Shown here: piece after piece, positions 39,801-51,697 of the stretch
Position numbering within the stretch: position 1 is the stretch's first letter
How the letters are laid out: the number at the start of each line of letters is the position of its first letter
From: Longimicrobiales bacterium
GTDB taxonomy: Bacteria > Gemmatimonadota > Gemmatimonadetes > Longimicrobiales > Gaopeijiaceae
DNA length: 64,000 bases
Assembly: GCA_965219445.1 (NCBI GenBank)
Contig: CBDCNQ010000005.1
Span: 576,001 to 640,000 of the forward strand
Direction of reading: 5' to 3'
Position numbers and translations under genes: made by a program
The notes under the pieces: generated by a model
Databases searched by the model: none
What the model was told of the DNA's origin: nothing
What the model saw: only the letters and a program-made list of their open reading frames with translations

Positions 39801-40568
39801 CCTGAACCGCACCAATGGCCATCGTTCCAACGCCGTGTGGCCGATCGACTGCCCGGCGAGCAACCGCGCATGCTCTCTTTGGAACAGGAACGGGTTGAGG
39901 TCCGCACGACGGACACCGATGGCGACCAACTCATCGTCACTGAAGCGGACATGACCATTCGATTCGGCCACCGCTGAAGCATTGACGGCAATCGTCTCCC
40001 TCGGCCTGCCTTTCGTGCGAGTATTCCGCGCAATCCCAGCGCGATCAGCAACCGCCTCGCTCACTCGCAGCAGGGCCATGACATGCCGCAGTGTTTGCAT
40101 CGCCCAAGGACGTTCATGGAGGTGGAGCAGCGCTTCGACGCAGGCCTGCACATGATCTGAGTTGTTTGGCCAGCGACCCCCGAACAACCGGGAGTTTCCC
40201 CACGTTCCCACGTTCGAGACGAAGACATCTTCGACGGGAACCTCAAGCTGACAAATGGGATCGTCCGAGACCATCCCGTTCAACCACTGCCGCAAGTGTC
40301 GCGGCCGGGGCTCCTTGTTCCCGCAGCAGGCCAGCGCCGCCAGATGGATCAAGGCTTCAATCCGGGCGGTCGCGCAGTGATTCTCCGGGCGGGTCAGCAG
40401 TCCGGCCAAGGGGGCCGCAACGAGAGGGAAGCTGAACTTCTCAAGACGCTTCAGCAGCCTGCCGAGGCGCGCGGCAATGCTTCTGATTTCGTGCAACTCA
40501 CCACTTGCTGCGTTCGCCATGAGTGCGGCGACTGCCTCGTCATGCGGATCGGGTGCAGTCTTTCTCAA
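36849..40568 (-). CDS. Large (~1.2 kaa) protein with C-terminal NERD-like PD-(D/E)XK domain
   Basis: Long uninterrupted ORF; GHEF...GDVDVL...VECK; start uncertain (TTG 40568 or ATG 40520). Confidence 0.75.
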   Translation of the reverse strand: MRKTAPDPHDEAVAALMANAASGELHEIRSIAARLGRLLKRLEKFSFPLVAAPLAGLLTRPENHCATARIEALIHLAALACCGNKEPRPRHLRQWLNGMVSDDPICQLEVPVEDVFVSNVGTWGNSRLFGGRWPNNSDHVQACVEALLHLHERPWAMQTLRHVMALLRVSEAVADRAGIARNTRTKGRPRETIAVNASAVAESNGHVRFSDDELVAIGVRRADLNPFLFQREHARLLAGQSIGHTALERWPLVRFRGQTTVALPTGIGAAIRRFVIEQATAAGDLRLFQSTCHLEQFIEAFLLGRPDWGIEYVRMLERDPDDGMREFVGAFDEDAYVHVVFVPDDFEEIAREGLASVHRLEDAVWERIHDRAAELAREDRCRRGLTVLVHGGIGREFAPVWGDLPDGWHQLCISAPDFMLLGSETDFTAMRAWKLLQMVDELEAAGVVFPNLRGFLNLAAFADHVGFELVPENFSPGPMLLHSDFILPLRHKVRTALDRHASVGPDGNSWVDVQRDPTGEYFDEARGRLVFLSRRHWAHGEPLACVESASRPWWVQCSQLPEAGWHLDVAFGVLAMVLGWLVRLVPLLEDRNTTLPSGPVAIRVRFPDIETFDQRGIQMPEAPVAPAVAVEGGGIAIDCTSQYLRCFLSAGNLGDRLMIESLVRGVDSLCGNQAVSDADLEEWVGDMVGSESARFLKMTPSSTPEDAIYDVAALPKLRLLMPEDWAWSRFELGRRAGYQGKPGPIPSARAVALLNDAVVELWQRIRSRLVDLSRESVIERSLLNYVAARKEHRDWLRSTAAQLALYDHAQVRGAANEHVLRRDTAGLACRIIAEMALCTSPYGTGSPCSGTDLDLLVAEVATLLECAGQSDALHYGLATHPPVMHPNGSFGFDESTAAATGLLITEHWQRTFRDAATDDEVDGMSAGEDGVADPEFPSAFLAEFGLSPEQYGTFVHRLTVEALEANGAHLRLRRSEVVQRLRHVGVMNPERVFEAFALVPRSRWNEDDPDNARARDWWPWRYNRRLSIMRRPLVQLSMEADPFVTVVPSILAGTLRYLHQAAFGELPGTLFDSPEMGACIGRAADRNGHEFARRVAERLGELRWKTKGEVRLTRFGGGQSLGDVDVLAWQPATGLVYAVECKSLRCDRTCGEIGERLKEYSAGTVDGKRTPLQRHLDRVSFLEANRQRLADFVGVPVDRLQLRSALVTEQLAPMQFSGKARDVLDLVTDYELLEQALPQ

Positions 40569-40626
40569 GGAAGGTGTTTCGGTCAGTCAGAACTTGAAGT
40601 TGGCTGGCACGGGGACGGATGATCGT

Positions 40627-40908
40627 TCATACACACAAGGTAGTTGACGTACCGGTACCGAACGTGACGGAGGGTGCTGCCGAAGCGATTCCCTTTCGGG
40701 ACCGAAGTTGCAAGACCTCATCGCAGTTGACGCACCGATAACGTGGATGGTGCTTCTTGCCGGTGTACCTGAACACGTAGTCGCCATTGCCCAGGTCGTG
40801 GTATTCGTAGTTGCGCGGAGGCTTCTTGCGCCTCCTGGATCTTGAGATCCTGGCCGTTCTGAGGGGTCGCAGCACTGCGGCCAGGAGGGTCGCGACGGCC
40901 TCAATCAT
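40627..40908 (-). CDS. Small hypothetical protein with CxxC
   Basis: ATG just after the R-M gene stop; YRCVNC. Confidence 0.35.
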   Translation of the reverse strand: MIEAVATLLAAVLRPLRTARISRSRRRKKPPRNYEYHDLGNGDYVFRYTGKKHHPRYRCVNCDEVLQLRSRKGIASAAPSVTFGTGTSTTLCV

Positions 40909-43644
40909 TGGTTGGAGGAATAGGGTCACGGAGCGACCACCACGTCTGAATGACCAGCGGCGAGCGCGTTCATCCATGCGAGGGCCAGATCGCGGGACCG
41001 GTAGGTCCCATATGCGGCTGTCTCTTCGCGTTCGACGATGGGAAAGGTCGAGTAGATGTAGCGTATATCCTCCCGGTCCGTCACCCCGTACAGGTGGAAA
41101 TAGAGCGCATCCAGCTTGGCGCGGAGGTGGAGGCGCCTGCCGTCGTCCCAACGGAAGGGCGGCAGTACCTCACCCGCCTCGTCCACGTGGCCCAACTCGT
41201 GGGCAAACGGAGCCATGTCGTGTGCCGTATAGGAGAGTTCCAGCACGGCCTCGCGGACGATCTCCTGCGCCGTCTTGGGTCCGAAGCTCACGGCCCCGTA
41301 CCGCTCCGGTGGTACGACGGGAAGTTGCTCGACGATGAACCAGTTCAGATGCTGGCCCTGGATCTTCTGACGCGCCACGTAGTCGAATAGCACGGCGTTG
41401 AAGTTCGCCAAGAGGCACGTTACGTCGGCCCCGCCGTACCAGTCTGCCGAAACGATGGGGAGCGTGTTCCCTACTCCGGAGCCCGGTATCAGAGCGGCGA
41501 TCATCGAGCGAACGTTCGTTGGCGCGGTGACGTCCTTGAATCCCAGCAGGTATGAGGCTGTCGGGAACGACGTCTTGCCACGGAGCACCCAGTATTGCGG
41601 GTCGGGCAGCCAGTTCGGGTCCCGATGCTGCTCCGGGGTGGCCGGTTTCGGCTGGGCGGGGCGGTGAAGGTTCTTCGGGTTGATGACGATGCTGGCGGCC
41701 CGGTGGTCGAACGCCTGCACCATCTTGCCCTCGTAGAGCGGCACCCATTCGCCGGACCGGCTCTGGTATCGGTTGCCGCCGACCGGCCACGCGCCTTCCT
41801 TATCCTCCAGTTCCGACCGGGTGCGGAACTGGTCGGAGTCGTTGGTCATGTGGAACATCGTCGAGTACTTCACCGGCCACGCCTTCACGGCCTCGCCCGA
41901 CGAGCGGTCCACCAGCACCGGCAAGCGGTCGTAGATCGCCGTCGTGAGTTCCGCGTCGCGGCGCGAGCGGAAGATGGGAGCCGTGCCCGTGTTCGGATTG
42001 ACCCGGGCGAAGTCGGCGGCCGAGAGGGGGAAGCACCGCTCCGGGTCTCCGGTCTCCGAAACGTCTTGCAGAAAGAACGCACAGCGGGCCGGTTCATTCC
42101 CCGGTGCCGGGCTGGCGACGAAGGCGCAGAACTTGAACCGGCTGTCCACGTCTGGGAAGAAAGGCGGCACGTCGTAGCGCGTCCGCCGGTTCTCGAAATC
42201 GTAGAGGGCCTTGAGTCTGCCCTCGGTGGCCACGCTCTTGAAGAACGGGGCCGCCATCTTGTCCGACGCGATGCCGGACGGCACGAGCAGCCCGACCATG
42301 CCGTCGGGCTTGACGAGCGTCATGGCCCGTTCGACGAACAGCGAGTAAAGGTTCAGGTCGCCGCGTGCCAACAGCGGATAGCTGCCCGAGCCGCGGGCCA
42401 CCCGCGCGCCCGCGGCGGCTTGTTCGCTCGCAAGCTGGAAGTCCCCGGCCAACGGGTCTTTCGCCTTCTGGAGTTCGGCGATCATGCGTTTCCGGTCGGC
42501 AGCGCGGGGCGCCATGGCGATCTCGCGCCGGCGGGACGCGAACCATTCGACCTGCTGGAGCTTCATCCGGTCCCATGGCGGGTTGCCGATCACCGCGTCG
42601 AAGCCGCCGGTCAACTCCGCGGCTTCCCAGTCCGACCACACGCCGGGGAACGCCACCTGCCAGTTCAGGAAACGCTCACTGGCTACCAGTCCCAAGGCAT
42701 CCATCAGAAAGGGAAGGTCGGCATCCGACGAATCAGTTTGCTCCCCCTGGGCGACGCCCATCTGATCGCCGAACACACCATCCAACCATTTGAGAAACGC
42801 GGCCTTGACCTCACGCTTTCGGAGGCCCAGCCAGTCGAAGGCGTGAAGAAGCGACATGAAGGCGTGCAGGGGAGCGGTCATCTCCGAGACTTCGGCGAAG
42901 ATGTCGGCCGAACGGTGCGCCTCGGCGATCTCGGCGTCCGTCAACCCCTCTATGATCTGCATCGGCGCAGCCGCGCGCGTGGCCCGCACGAGCGTTCCCC
43001 TCAGGAACAGGCTGCTCTTCTCGTCCGTCCTGCGCACGGCGGGCTCCACCCACGCGCCGAACAGGCTGTCGCCGCAGCGGAGGTGATGATCCAGAAAGCT
43101 CAGCGGGGCGCCGACGGTGAACGTATGGAGCCACAGCGAGACCTTGGTCAGTTCCACCGCCATCGGATTCTTGTCCACTCCGTAGACGCAGCGCTTCAGC
43201 ACCATGCGGCGGACGATGTGCCGGTCGTCGAGTTGGGCCGGATCGAATGTCCAGCCCCTGTCCTCCGCGTTGTCCATGATCGTGTTGCGGATCCCGTCGA
43301 TCCGCTCCAGCAACGGCGAGAGGTATCCGTCCACGAGAGCTTCGGCCTCGGCCATCGCCTCGATAACGCGATCGGCAAGGTAGTCCACGAGGTTGACGAG
43401 GAAGTGTCCAGAGCCCATCGCCGGATCGCAGACCTTCAGCTCCAGCAGCTTCTCTGCCGGGTCTAGCCGCTTCAGGCGACCGATACGGTGGTCCTCCGGC
43501 ATCTTGTTTGACGCGATCTCCTCCACCTTGGCGGCGAAATGCTTCATGCGCGCGTCCGCCAGCGGCCCGACCGTCTCCCGCACGATCAGGTCAACCAGAT
43601 CGTCGGGCGTGTAGTAGCTGCCCGAGTCCTTGCGCGCGAACACG

Positions 43645-44821
<1,177 letters not shown>

Positions 44822-46539
44822 GACGGACGACGATGTTCCCGCCGTCGCGGACGACCTCCCGTTCGAGCAGCCGCTCGTAGATCGAGCCGAGTTGCTGAAC
44901 CCCGAGATCCCGGTAGTTGATGTACCGGCGCGTCGGGCCATTGCGCTCGAAAGACAGCGCGTCGATCACATCGGCCATCACCGCGTCACCCAGCCGAACG
45001 CGCGAAAGCAGGGGCGTGCGCTCCCGGTCGAACAGTCCACCGTTGTAGGGCGGCAAGCCGATGGAGGCGTCACCCGCATCAATGGCGCGGCACAGGTCGT
45101 CGAACGCCGACCAGTAGCGGGCCGCCGTGACCGAGAACACGTCGCCCTGGTCCTTCCGGCGGCCAATGCTACCGCGTACCTGCTCGCGGAGCGCGTAGTC
45201 GTCGTAGCGGCTGTCGCGGACGGGCAGGAGATCCCGGTCTTCGGCGTAGAGGACGAAGAGGAGCCTGTAGAGCAGGACCAGCGCCGTGTCCCGCACCTCG
45301 GGCAACGGGACCTCGGTGTCCGCCTCGGCGAGTGCCCGGACGAGGTCCGGGAACACGTTCTCGAAGACCAGCGCCGACAGACTGCCGGCGACCCGTTCCT
45401 GATGGAAGCGGCCTTCCTCGATCGCCCGTTCGTGAAACGTTCGCTCGTCGGCCGCGCCGGGAAGAAAGGCATCCCGCCGGAACACCAGCCAGAACACCTT
45501 CAGCCAGTGCGCCCTTTCATCCGTCCCGAGCACCTCCTGCCCGTCGTCCGGATACCCGAGGACCGCCGCCAGATCAAGCTCGAAGAACTGTTCGGCGACC
45601 GAGCGCGCGCCGGCGTAGTAGAGACGCCAGCGAGCGCCGTTCGTCAGGATGCCCCAACGGATCTTCCCAATGGTCAGGTCGTCGATGCGGCGGAGGTAGC
45701 GCAGCATCTGCGTCGAGGGCGCGGACTCCTCACCCCGCCGCCCGGAGCGACGGTCCAGCGGTCGAAGCCACCGTTTCGACTCGACGACCGCCAAGCCGTA
45801 CTCGTAGCGCTTCCATTCCTCGGCGAAGCGGTTCGCCCGGTCCTTCGAGGAGCCGTCGGCGAACAACAAGCCATCCGGCACGTCTTGGCGTCCGTGCGCC
45901 GAGAGGTTCTGCTGCCTGAGGCTGGCAGTCCAGCCGAGCCGCGCCAGCACCGGCCAGATCAGGTCATCCTCGGTCTGGCTCTCGTTGGGCGACAGATCCG
46001 TCGGGAACCGATTGAAGAGGCCACGCAACGCGGCTTCAAGGTCTGCGAGCCCCGCGTCGGCTACGTCCCGCCAGTCCGGAAGCTCGGCGATCGCTTCTCG
46101 AAGGAAGTCCTCGGCGAACAGGCTCCCCTCGAAGGGCCGGACCATCGTCATCCGTAACCTCCCAAGCCCAATAGCCCCGAGTCAGCTTGGCCCAGCAGTG
46201 CAGTCCTTAGTATTGTCGAATCCTCGTCTGACAGTGATCCGGCCGTGCATTCAAACTAGCTCCCGCCGCGCTCAAGCGCGCCTCCTCGAAGGCCCACCCG
46301 AGTCCGCGAGCGAAGCTCTGGCCCTACGCTCGTCGGGAGGTGATGGAGGTGCCGCTGGCGGAGGCCGAGTCGGCACCGGGACGGCGCTGGAACGCTTGGG
46401 AAGTGGCCCCGATTCACGGTGTTGACACAGCCGGAATCGGGCTTCTCCGTGTAGGGTGTGGAGACTCTTGTCCGGCGACAAACGGGGCCGGAAGAGCGGT
46501 ACGTGAGACCGGCGGTGTTGGCAGGTTCGACGCGAGCCG

Positions 46540-46640
46540 GCGCCCGCGCTGACAGCGGCACCCTGGTGCTCACAGCGGCTCTTCAGCGGTTCCACCGGGA
46601 TCGTCCACTCCCCGCCGCGCAAGTCGATTTCCTCTCAACG
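46540..46640 (-). pseudogene. P4-type integrase fragment
   Basis: GEWTIP..KSR.EH / VPLSARA. Confidence 0.55.
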
Positions 46641-47034
46641 CCGCGCCTCGGACTAAAGGGCACGGCCAGCCAGGATGAAACCAATTGCGGATGAAATCCG
46701 TAAAGTATTGCCCTTCGGATCACCGAAGCGTGAAGGGCAGCACGACCAAACGAGGCGAAACGGAGGAGACGCGTAGTCAGGTTGATCCACCCCGCGGCCG
46801 AACTGATGCCCGTGTCCATCGACGGGGGCGTCGGCGTGATCAGTCGCCGCTCCGGTTTCTGGGGTACATGGACGGCCCGGCATCGCTGGCCTCCCATCTC
46901 ACCGCCGACCGCGCTTCGCGAGGCTTGTTGAACAGGTTCCCCGGAGCGCTCGCGGGGGTGCTCCGCCGCCGCGTGGGCGGCGGCCAGCGACGACCTTGGG
47001 ACAGGTCACCGCAGGGCTTGTCGGACGCCGCTAA

Positions 47035-47270
47035 TGCCGGGGAGCCAGCATACCCCCTGGGGCCACGCTTCGCGGGTCCCCGAGCGGGGCTGGCGGGGGG
47101 CTGTGCCCCCCTCTGACCCCCCCACCGGCAACGGCGCATCGTGAGCGCTGGACGCGCGAGCGAGGCGGAGCGTGCCGAGTGGCCCGCCAGGGCGCGCTCC
47201 CGCAAGCGGGCCGTCGAGGTCGTCGCCCACTTGATTGCCATCGAGCTGGCGCTCCGGGCGCTGCCCACCA
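47035..47270 (+). pseudogene. mobC: oriT-like site plus internally deleted mobC
   Basis: GAGCCAGCATACCCC..GGGGCTGGC, then RASEAERAEW...AVEVVAHLIAIE. Confidence 0.5.
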
Positions 47271-47711
47271 TCCGGAGCTCCGGTCACGATGGCATTACGT
47301 CTCTCTCGCGCGGCAGCAGCTCGGCCGGCCCGTCGAAACTTGATCGCCATGGACGCGGTAGTGCCTGCCGTGGAGCGTCCGACCGATTGGCCGACCAGCC
47401 GTTTGGACTCCGACTTAGCCGCCATCGTCATCCCCCATTCCATCTTGGAGGCGGACGTGGCAGCCGACCGGGTTGCGGGCGGAGCACGGCGGCAGCGCCG
47501 GGCAAGGAGTGCAGTTCGCCGGAGGCGGGTTGGACGGTAGCCTGCGCTCCGACTTGGAGCCGTACTGGAGTGTGCATGAGACAACGGAGGGTCAATGCAC
47601 ACTTTGGCTCTGCGGTGATGCACACCGGCTGGTCTGCTGATCCGCTGGCGCGGCAACGTCTTGCGGCTCCGCCGCGCGGTCGGCCGTGGCGTACTGGCCG
47701 CTCGGGCCGTG

Positions 47712-47809
47712 GAGGGGAGCGACCCCAGGGCCACAGGGGCTTGGTTCGGGCGTGGGGGCGTGCGCGCTTTCAAACGCCCGCCCCCGCCCCTGCTGGGGTC
47801 GCTCCCCTC
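47712..47809. repeat. Inverted variant of the three-stem motif
   Basis: GAGGGGAGCGACCCCAG/CTGGGGTCGCTCCCCTC outer stem with a different interior. Confidence 0.6.
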
Positions 47810-48062
47810 GAAATATCCCTGCGGGAAGGCGGTTGGCCGCCGCTTCGACGGCGGCGATTCATCCGCGCGACGACCGCTCGTCCGTCGAGCCGAGGAGCAT
47901 CGGGCGGCGCCCGCGGCACCGTTCCCGGGCACGGCACGGGAAAACGGGCCGACAACAACGGACGCCGGGACGAGCGGGCTGGACGGCCCTTGGCATTCCC
48001 TCGCGCAGTAGTCCGTCTTCTCGAAGCGGCGCTCGATGGCCTTCCTGCAAGGACTGCTGGCT

Positions 48063-48155
48063 GGGAGCGACCCCGCAGCGGAGGGGACGATGGGGATGCA
48101 CATCGCCATCCTCCCCGATGCCGATCGAGGCATGCCGAGATGGGGGGTCGCTCCC
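48063..48155. repeat. ~93-bp three-stem motif, copy 4
   Basis: Near-identical to 19235-19327. Confidence 0.8.
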
Positions 48156-48462
48156 ATCCACGGCCAAGGAACGCGGATCGGCATCGGCGTTCCGCTGGCC
48201 GTGGTGCAACCGCAAGCGCGCAAGCGACATGGGGCAGCGGCGGCGTGTCCCATCGCAGGCGCGATTTCGTGTCCGGCCACCCCCAAAGTGCCATGGGCAC
48301 TCGTGGATCGGCATCGGGCGCACCGATTCGGGTCCGGGCCAACGCCTTCCGAGCGGCTGAACAGGGCGCAGGGCCGGCCGAGCCGCGACTGGCGGAGAAG
48401 CCCCGCCGACGCGACGTTTCAAACGCGCAGATCGTGCAGTCCATCATCGAAAAAGGAATCGA

Positions 48463-49626
48463 ATGATGGCACGCACGAAACGAGTCCGGCGCAGCTATGG
48501 CGCCGGCGAATGGGGCCGGAACCGGGTGAGGGTCTTCCCCGATCCCAAGACCGGCTTGTACCAGATCGAGTGGCGGGAGAACGGGCGCAGGCTCACGAGG
48601 TCGCTCAAGCACCGCGACTGGTCGCGGGCCAAGCGGCAGGCGGACGAATTCGCCGCAGGCTTCGCGGGGCCGGAGGTGAACGGGAGCGCGAAAGCCGAGC
48701 CCGAGCCGCTCAAGCTGGGCACGCTTTTTGACATCTACGGTGAAGAGGTGACGCCCACCAAGGCCGAGGGGACACAGCAGAGCGACAGGACCGCGACCGG
48801 GATGTTCCTCCAGTTCTTCGGCAGGGACCGCGACCCGTCCACACTCTCCCAGCGCGACTGGGACCGGTTCATCCGGGAGCGGCGCGCGGGAAGGATCGGC
48901 ATCTCGGGCAAGTCCGTGTCCAATCGGACGATCGCATGGGACCTGACGTTCCTGATGGCCGTGCTCAACTGGGCGGCGAGGTCGAGGGACGAGCGGGGCC
49001 GCCTGCTCCTCGACTCCAACCCGCTGAAGGGCCTCAGGAAGCCCAGGGAGAAGAACCCCACCCGGGTCGTCCTCACCGAACAGGAGTATCAGGCGTTGTT
49101 GAGGGTGTCCCGGGAGGTGGACTGGCGGTTCCATGTCGCGCTCGTACTCGCGCACGAGACCGGGCACCGCATCGGCGCCATCCGCAAGCTCCGGTGGTCC
49201 GATATCGACTCCGAGGGCGAAGCGGTGCGGTGGCGGGCGAAGCACGAGAAGACGGGCTACGAGCACACCACGCCCGTGACCGACGAGGCGTTGGCCGCTT
49301 TGGAGGAAGCGCGAGCGATGAGCGCCGGGACCGGGGACGGGCCGGTGCTGCCCGCCCCGACGGATGCCTCGCGGTGCGTGGGCCGGTCGCTGCCGAGCTT
49401 CTGGTGGCAGAGAGCCCAGAAGCTCGCGGCGCTGGAACCGAAGCGGGGCCGAGGCTGGCACTCGCTGAGGCGGAAATTCGCGTCCGACCTCATGGACCAG
49501 CCGCTCAAGGTGCTGTGCGAACTCGGCGGCTGGAAGACGGCCAAGACCGTCCTCCAGTGCTATCAGAGAGCCGACGAGGGACAGCTGAGGCAGGCGCTCG
49601 CGGACCGCCGGAGAGTTCGGGCCTGA
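48463..49626 (+). CDS. Tyrosine integrase (third ICE-type copy)
   Basis: Paralogue of 1974-3137; only the xis-like 3' tail precedes it; element end at 49632-49718. Confidence 0.9.
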   Translation: MMARTKRVRRSYGAGEWGRNRVRVFPDPKTGLYQIEWRENGRRLTRSLKHRDWSRAKRQADEFAAGFAGPEVNGSAKAEPEPLKLGTLFDIYGEEVTPTKAEGTQQSDRTATGMFLQFFGRDRDPSTLSQRDWDRFIRERRAGRIGISGKSVSNRTIAWDLTFLMAVLNWAARSRDERGRLLLDSNPLKGLRKPREKNPTRVVLTEQEYQALLRVSREVDWRFHVALVLAHETGHRIGAIRKLRWSDIDSEGEAVRWRAKHEKTGYEHTTPVTDEALAALEEARAMSAGTGDGPVLPAPTDASRCVGRSLPSFWWQRAQKLAALEPKRGRGWHSLRRKFASDLMDQPLKVLCELGGWKTAKTVLQCYQRADEGQLRQALADRRRVRA

Positions 49627-50168
49627 TTCCCAATCGGCGGGAATCAATCGGCGGGAATGGCGTCGGCCGAATCCGTAAGTTCAATGATAACAACAGATCC
49701 GCACGGGAATGCGCATGCTCGCCCAGCGTGCGAGCCGTGTCCGGTCGCGCCCGATGGAGCCTGGCCATGCGGCTCCGCTCGCGCCTCAATGACCCAGCAC
49801 GGTCCACGTCAGCGACCGTGTCACCGCCTGCCGCCGCGGCCTCGTGCCGATAGGCGGCGTGCTCCGCCGAGCGTGGGCGCGAGCTGCGCCGGTGACGCTG
49901 AGGCGGTCCGCGGGGATCGCACCGGCGACGCGGTTCGCGATGGCGGCACCCACCGCTCGCTGCCCCGGCAGCGGCGCGGGAAGTTGGGGGTTCAAGGGGG
50001 ACGCAGTGTCCCCTTGGCCAGAGCGCAATAGTGCAGGAAATAGATCTTGTAATATAAGGTGCAACAACCTTCTGCTACAGTTGATATAAACTATTGTCGT
50101 ATAGTAGTTTATATCACAAATTAGGTTTGCACTTGACCAGGAAATAAATCCGTGCGACATTCTCTTTC

Positions 50169-51380
50169 ATGTCTGCGATCAAGTACGAACGACCAGAGAG
50201 TTGGATCCGCTACGAGGGTAGGCACCTCATTCGACAGTTGACGGACGCCAAGGCGGCTGTCATGTCGTTGTGCACGGTTCCCTATCAACGCCGATGGGTG
50301 GAAGCACTTCAAGAGATCGAACTGAAGCGGGAGGTGGCAGGAACTTCTCGTATCGAGGGTGCTGAGTTCACTGAAGGCGAACTCGATGCGGCCATGCAGG
50401 AGACGCCTGCCGAACTGTTGACGCGGTCACAGCGACAGGCACGCGCCGCAGTGGAAACTTATCGGTGGATTCCAAGCATTCCCTCTGATCGGCCTATTGA
50501 CGGCGATTTGATCAAGGAAATTCATCGGAAGATCGTGACCGGAGCGGATGATGACCGATGCGAGCCGGGTCGACTCCGAACAGCCGAGCAGAACGTTGTG
50601 TTTGGATTGCCTCGCCACCGAGGTGCGGAAGGCGGAACAGTTTGCGAGGATACGTTCGCGGACTTCACCCGGGCGATACGGCAGGAATATCGGGAACATG
50701 ATCCGATAATTCGGGCCATCGCGGCTCACTATCACCTAGCTGCCATGCATCCGTTTCTCGACGGCAACGGACGGACCGCGCGAGCGCTTGAGGCCTTGAT
50801 GCTCCAGCGCATCGGGTTACGTGATACGTCCTTTATTGCGATGTCGAATTACTACTACCACGAGCAAGCACAGTATCTAAGCACGCTCGCGGAAGTACGT
50901 AGAGCCGGGCATGACCTTACGGCTTTCCTCTCTTTCGCCCTCACGGGTGTTGCCCAACAGAGCCAGCAGCTGCTTTCCAGGATCCAGAGGGAAATTCAGA
51001 AGGAGTTGTATTTGAATCTGGCTCAGAGCCTGTACGCCCACCTCAAAACTCCGAAGAAGCGGGTTATAGCCGAACGTCAGCTTGAGATAATACGGGTGCT
51101 TCTACGGGGAGACGAAGAAGAGATCGACGTGAGGCATCTGCATCGGGAGACTGCGTTACACTATGCCAGCCTCAAGTTCCCGATTCGGGGTCTATGGCGC
51201 GACTTGACCAGCCTGTTGGCGCTAGAAGCAATTTCCGTGGAAAGGCCTGACGACGATAGAATTCTCATCAAGGCAAGGCTGGATTGGCCAACTAGAATGA
51301 CCGAGACAGACCTATTCAAAAGGCTCAAGGAGCTTCCGAAAGCTAAGACTAGCTTCGTTCACGAGGCCGACCGCCTCTAA
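50169..51380 (+). CDS. Fic-family protein
   Basis: HPFLDGNGRTAR; TSRIEG; AT-rich upstream region. Confidence 0.9.
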   Translation: MSAIKYERPESWIRYEGRHLIRQLTDAKAAVMSLCTVPYQRRWVEALQEIELKREVAGTSRIEGAEFTEGELDAAMQETPAELLTRSQRQARAAVETYRWIPSIPSDRPIDGDLIKEIHRKIVTGADDDRCEPGRLRTAEQNVVFGLPRHRGAEGGTVCEDTFADFTRAIRQEYREHDPIIRAIAAHYHLAAMHPFLDGNGRTARALEALMLQRIGLRDTSFIAMSNYYYHEQAQYLSTLAEVRRAGHDLTAFLSFALTGVAQQSQQLLSRIQREIQKELYLNLAQSLYAHLKTPKKRVIAERQLEIIRVLLRGDEEEIDVRHLHRETALHYASLKFPIRGLWRDLTSLLALEAISVERPDDDRILIKARLDWPTRMTETDLFKRLKELPKAKTSFVHEADRL

Positions 51381-51697
51381 CGCCACGCTCGACTGCCTCA
51401 GGGTGCTTTTCTTCGTGTCAATGGCCAGATGGAGTCGGGACAGCCATCATGCCCCTGCTCCCCCGTTTGCGGCGTGCTCCGCGGAGACGGCCCGGGAGGT
51501 GGGGGGCTCGCCCCCTGAACCCCCTTCCCGGAGGGCAGCCATATTGGGAATAGCCATCTCGTCCAGCCAAGTCCCATAACGCATATAACTGACTTGTTTA
51601 TATTGACTTATCACGATGCATAAGGATCTCTCCTGTCCCATACCGATCCGCTCCATACCCTTGCATCCGCTAATCTGTGGTGGATATATTGGTAGGT

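Noticed and set aside
47290..47350. Relaxase N-terminus (MAIKF...)
   Set aside because: Too short and degenerate to call
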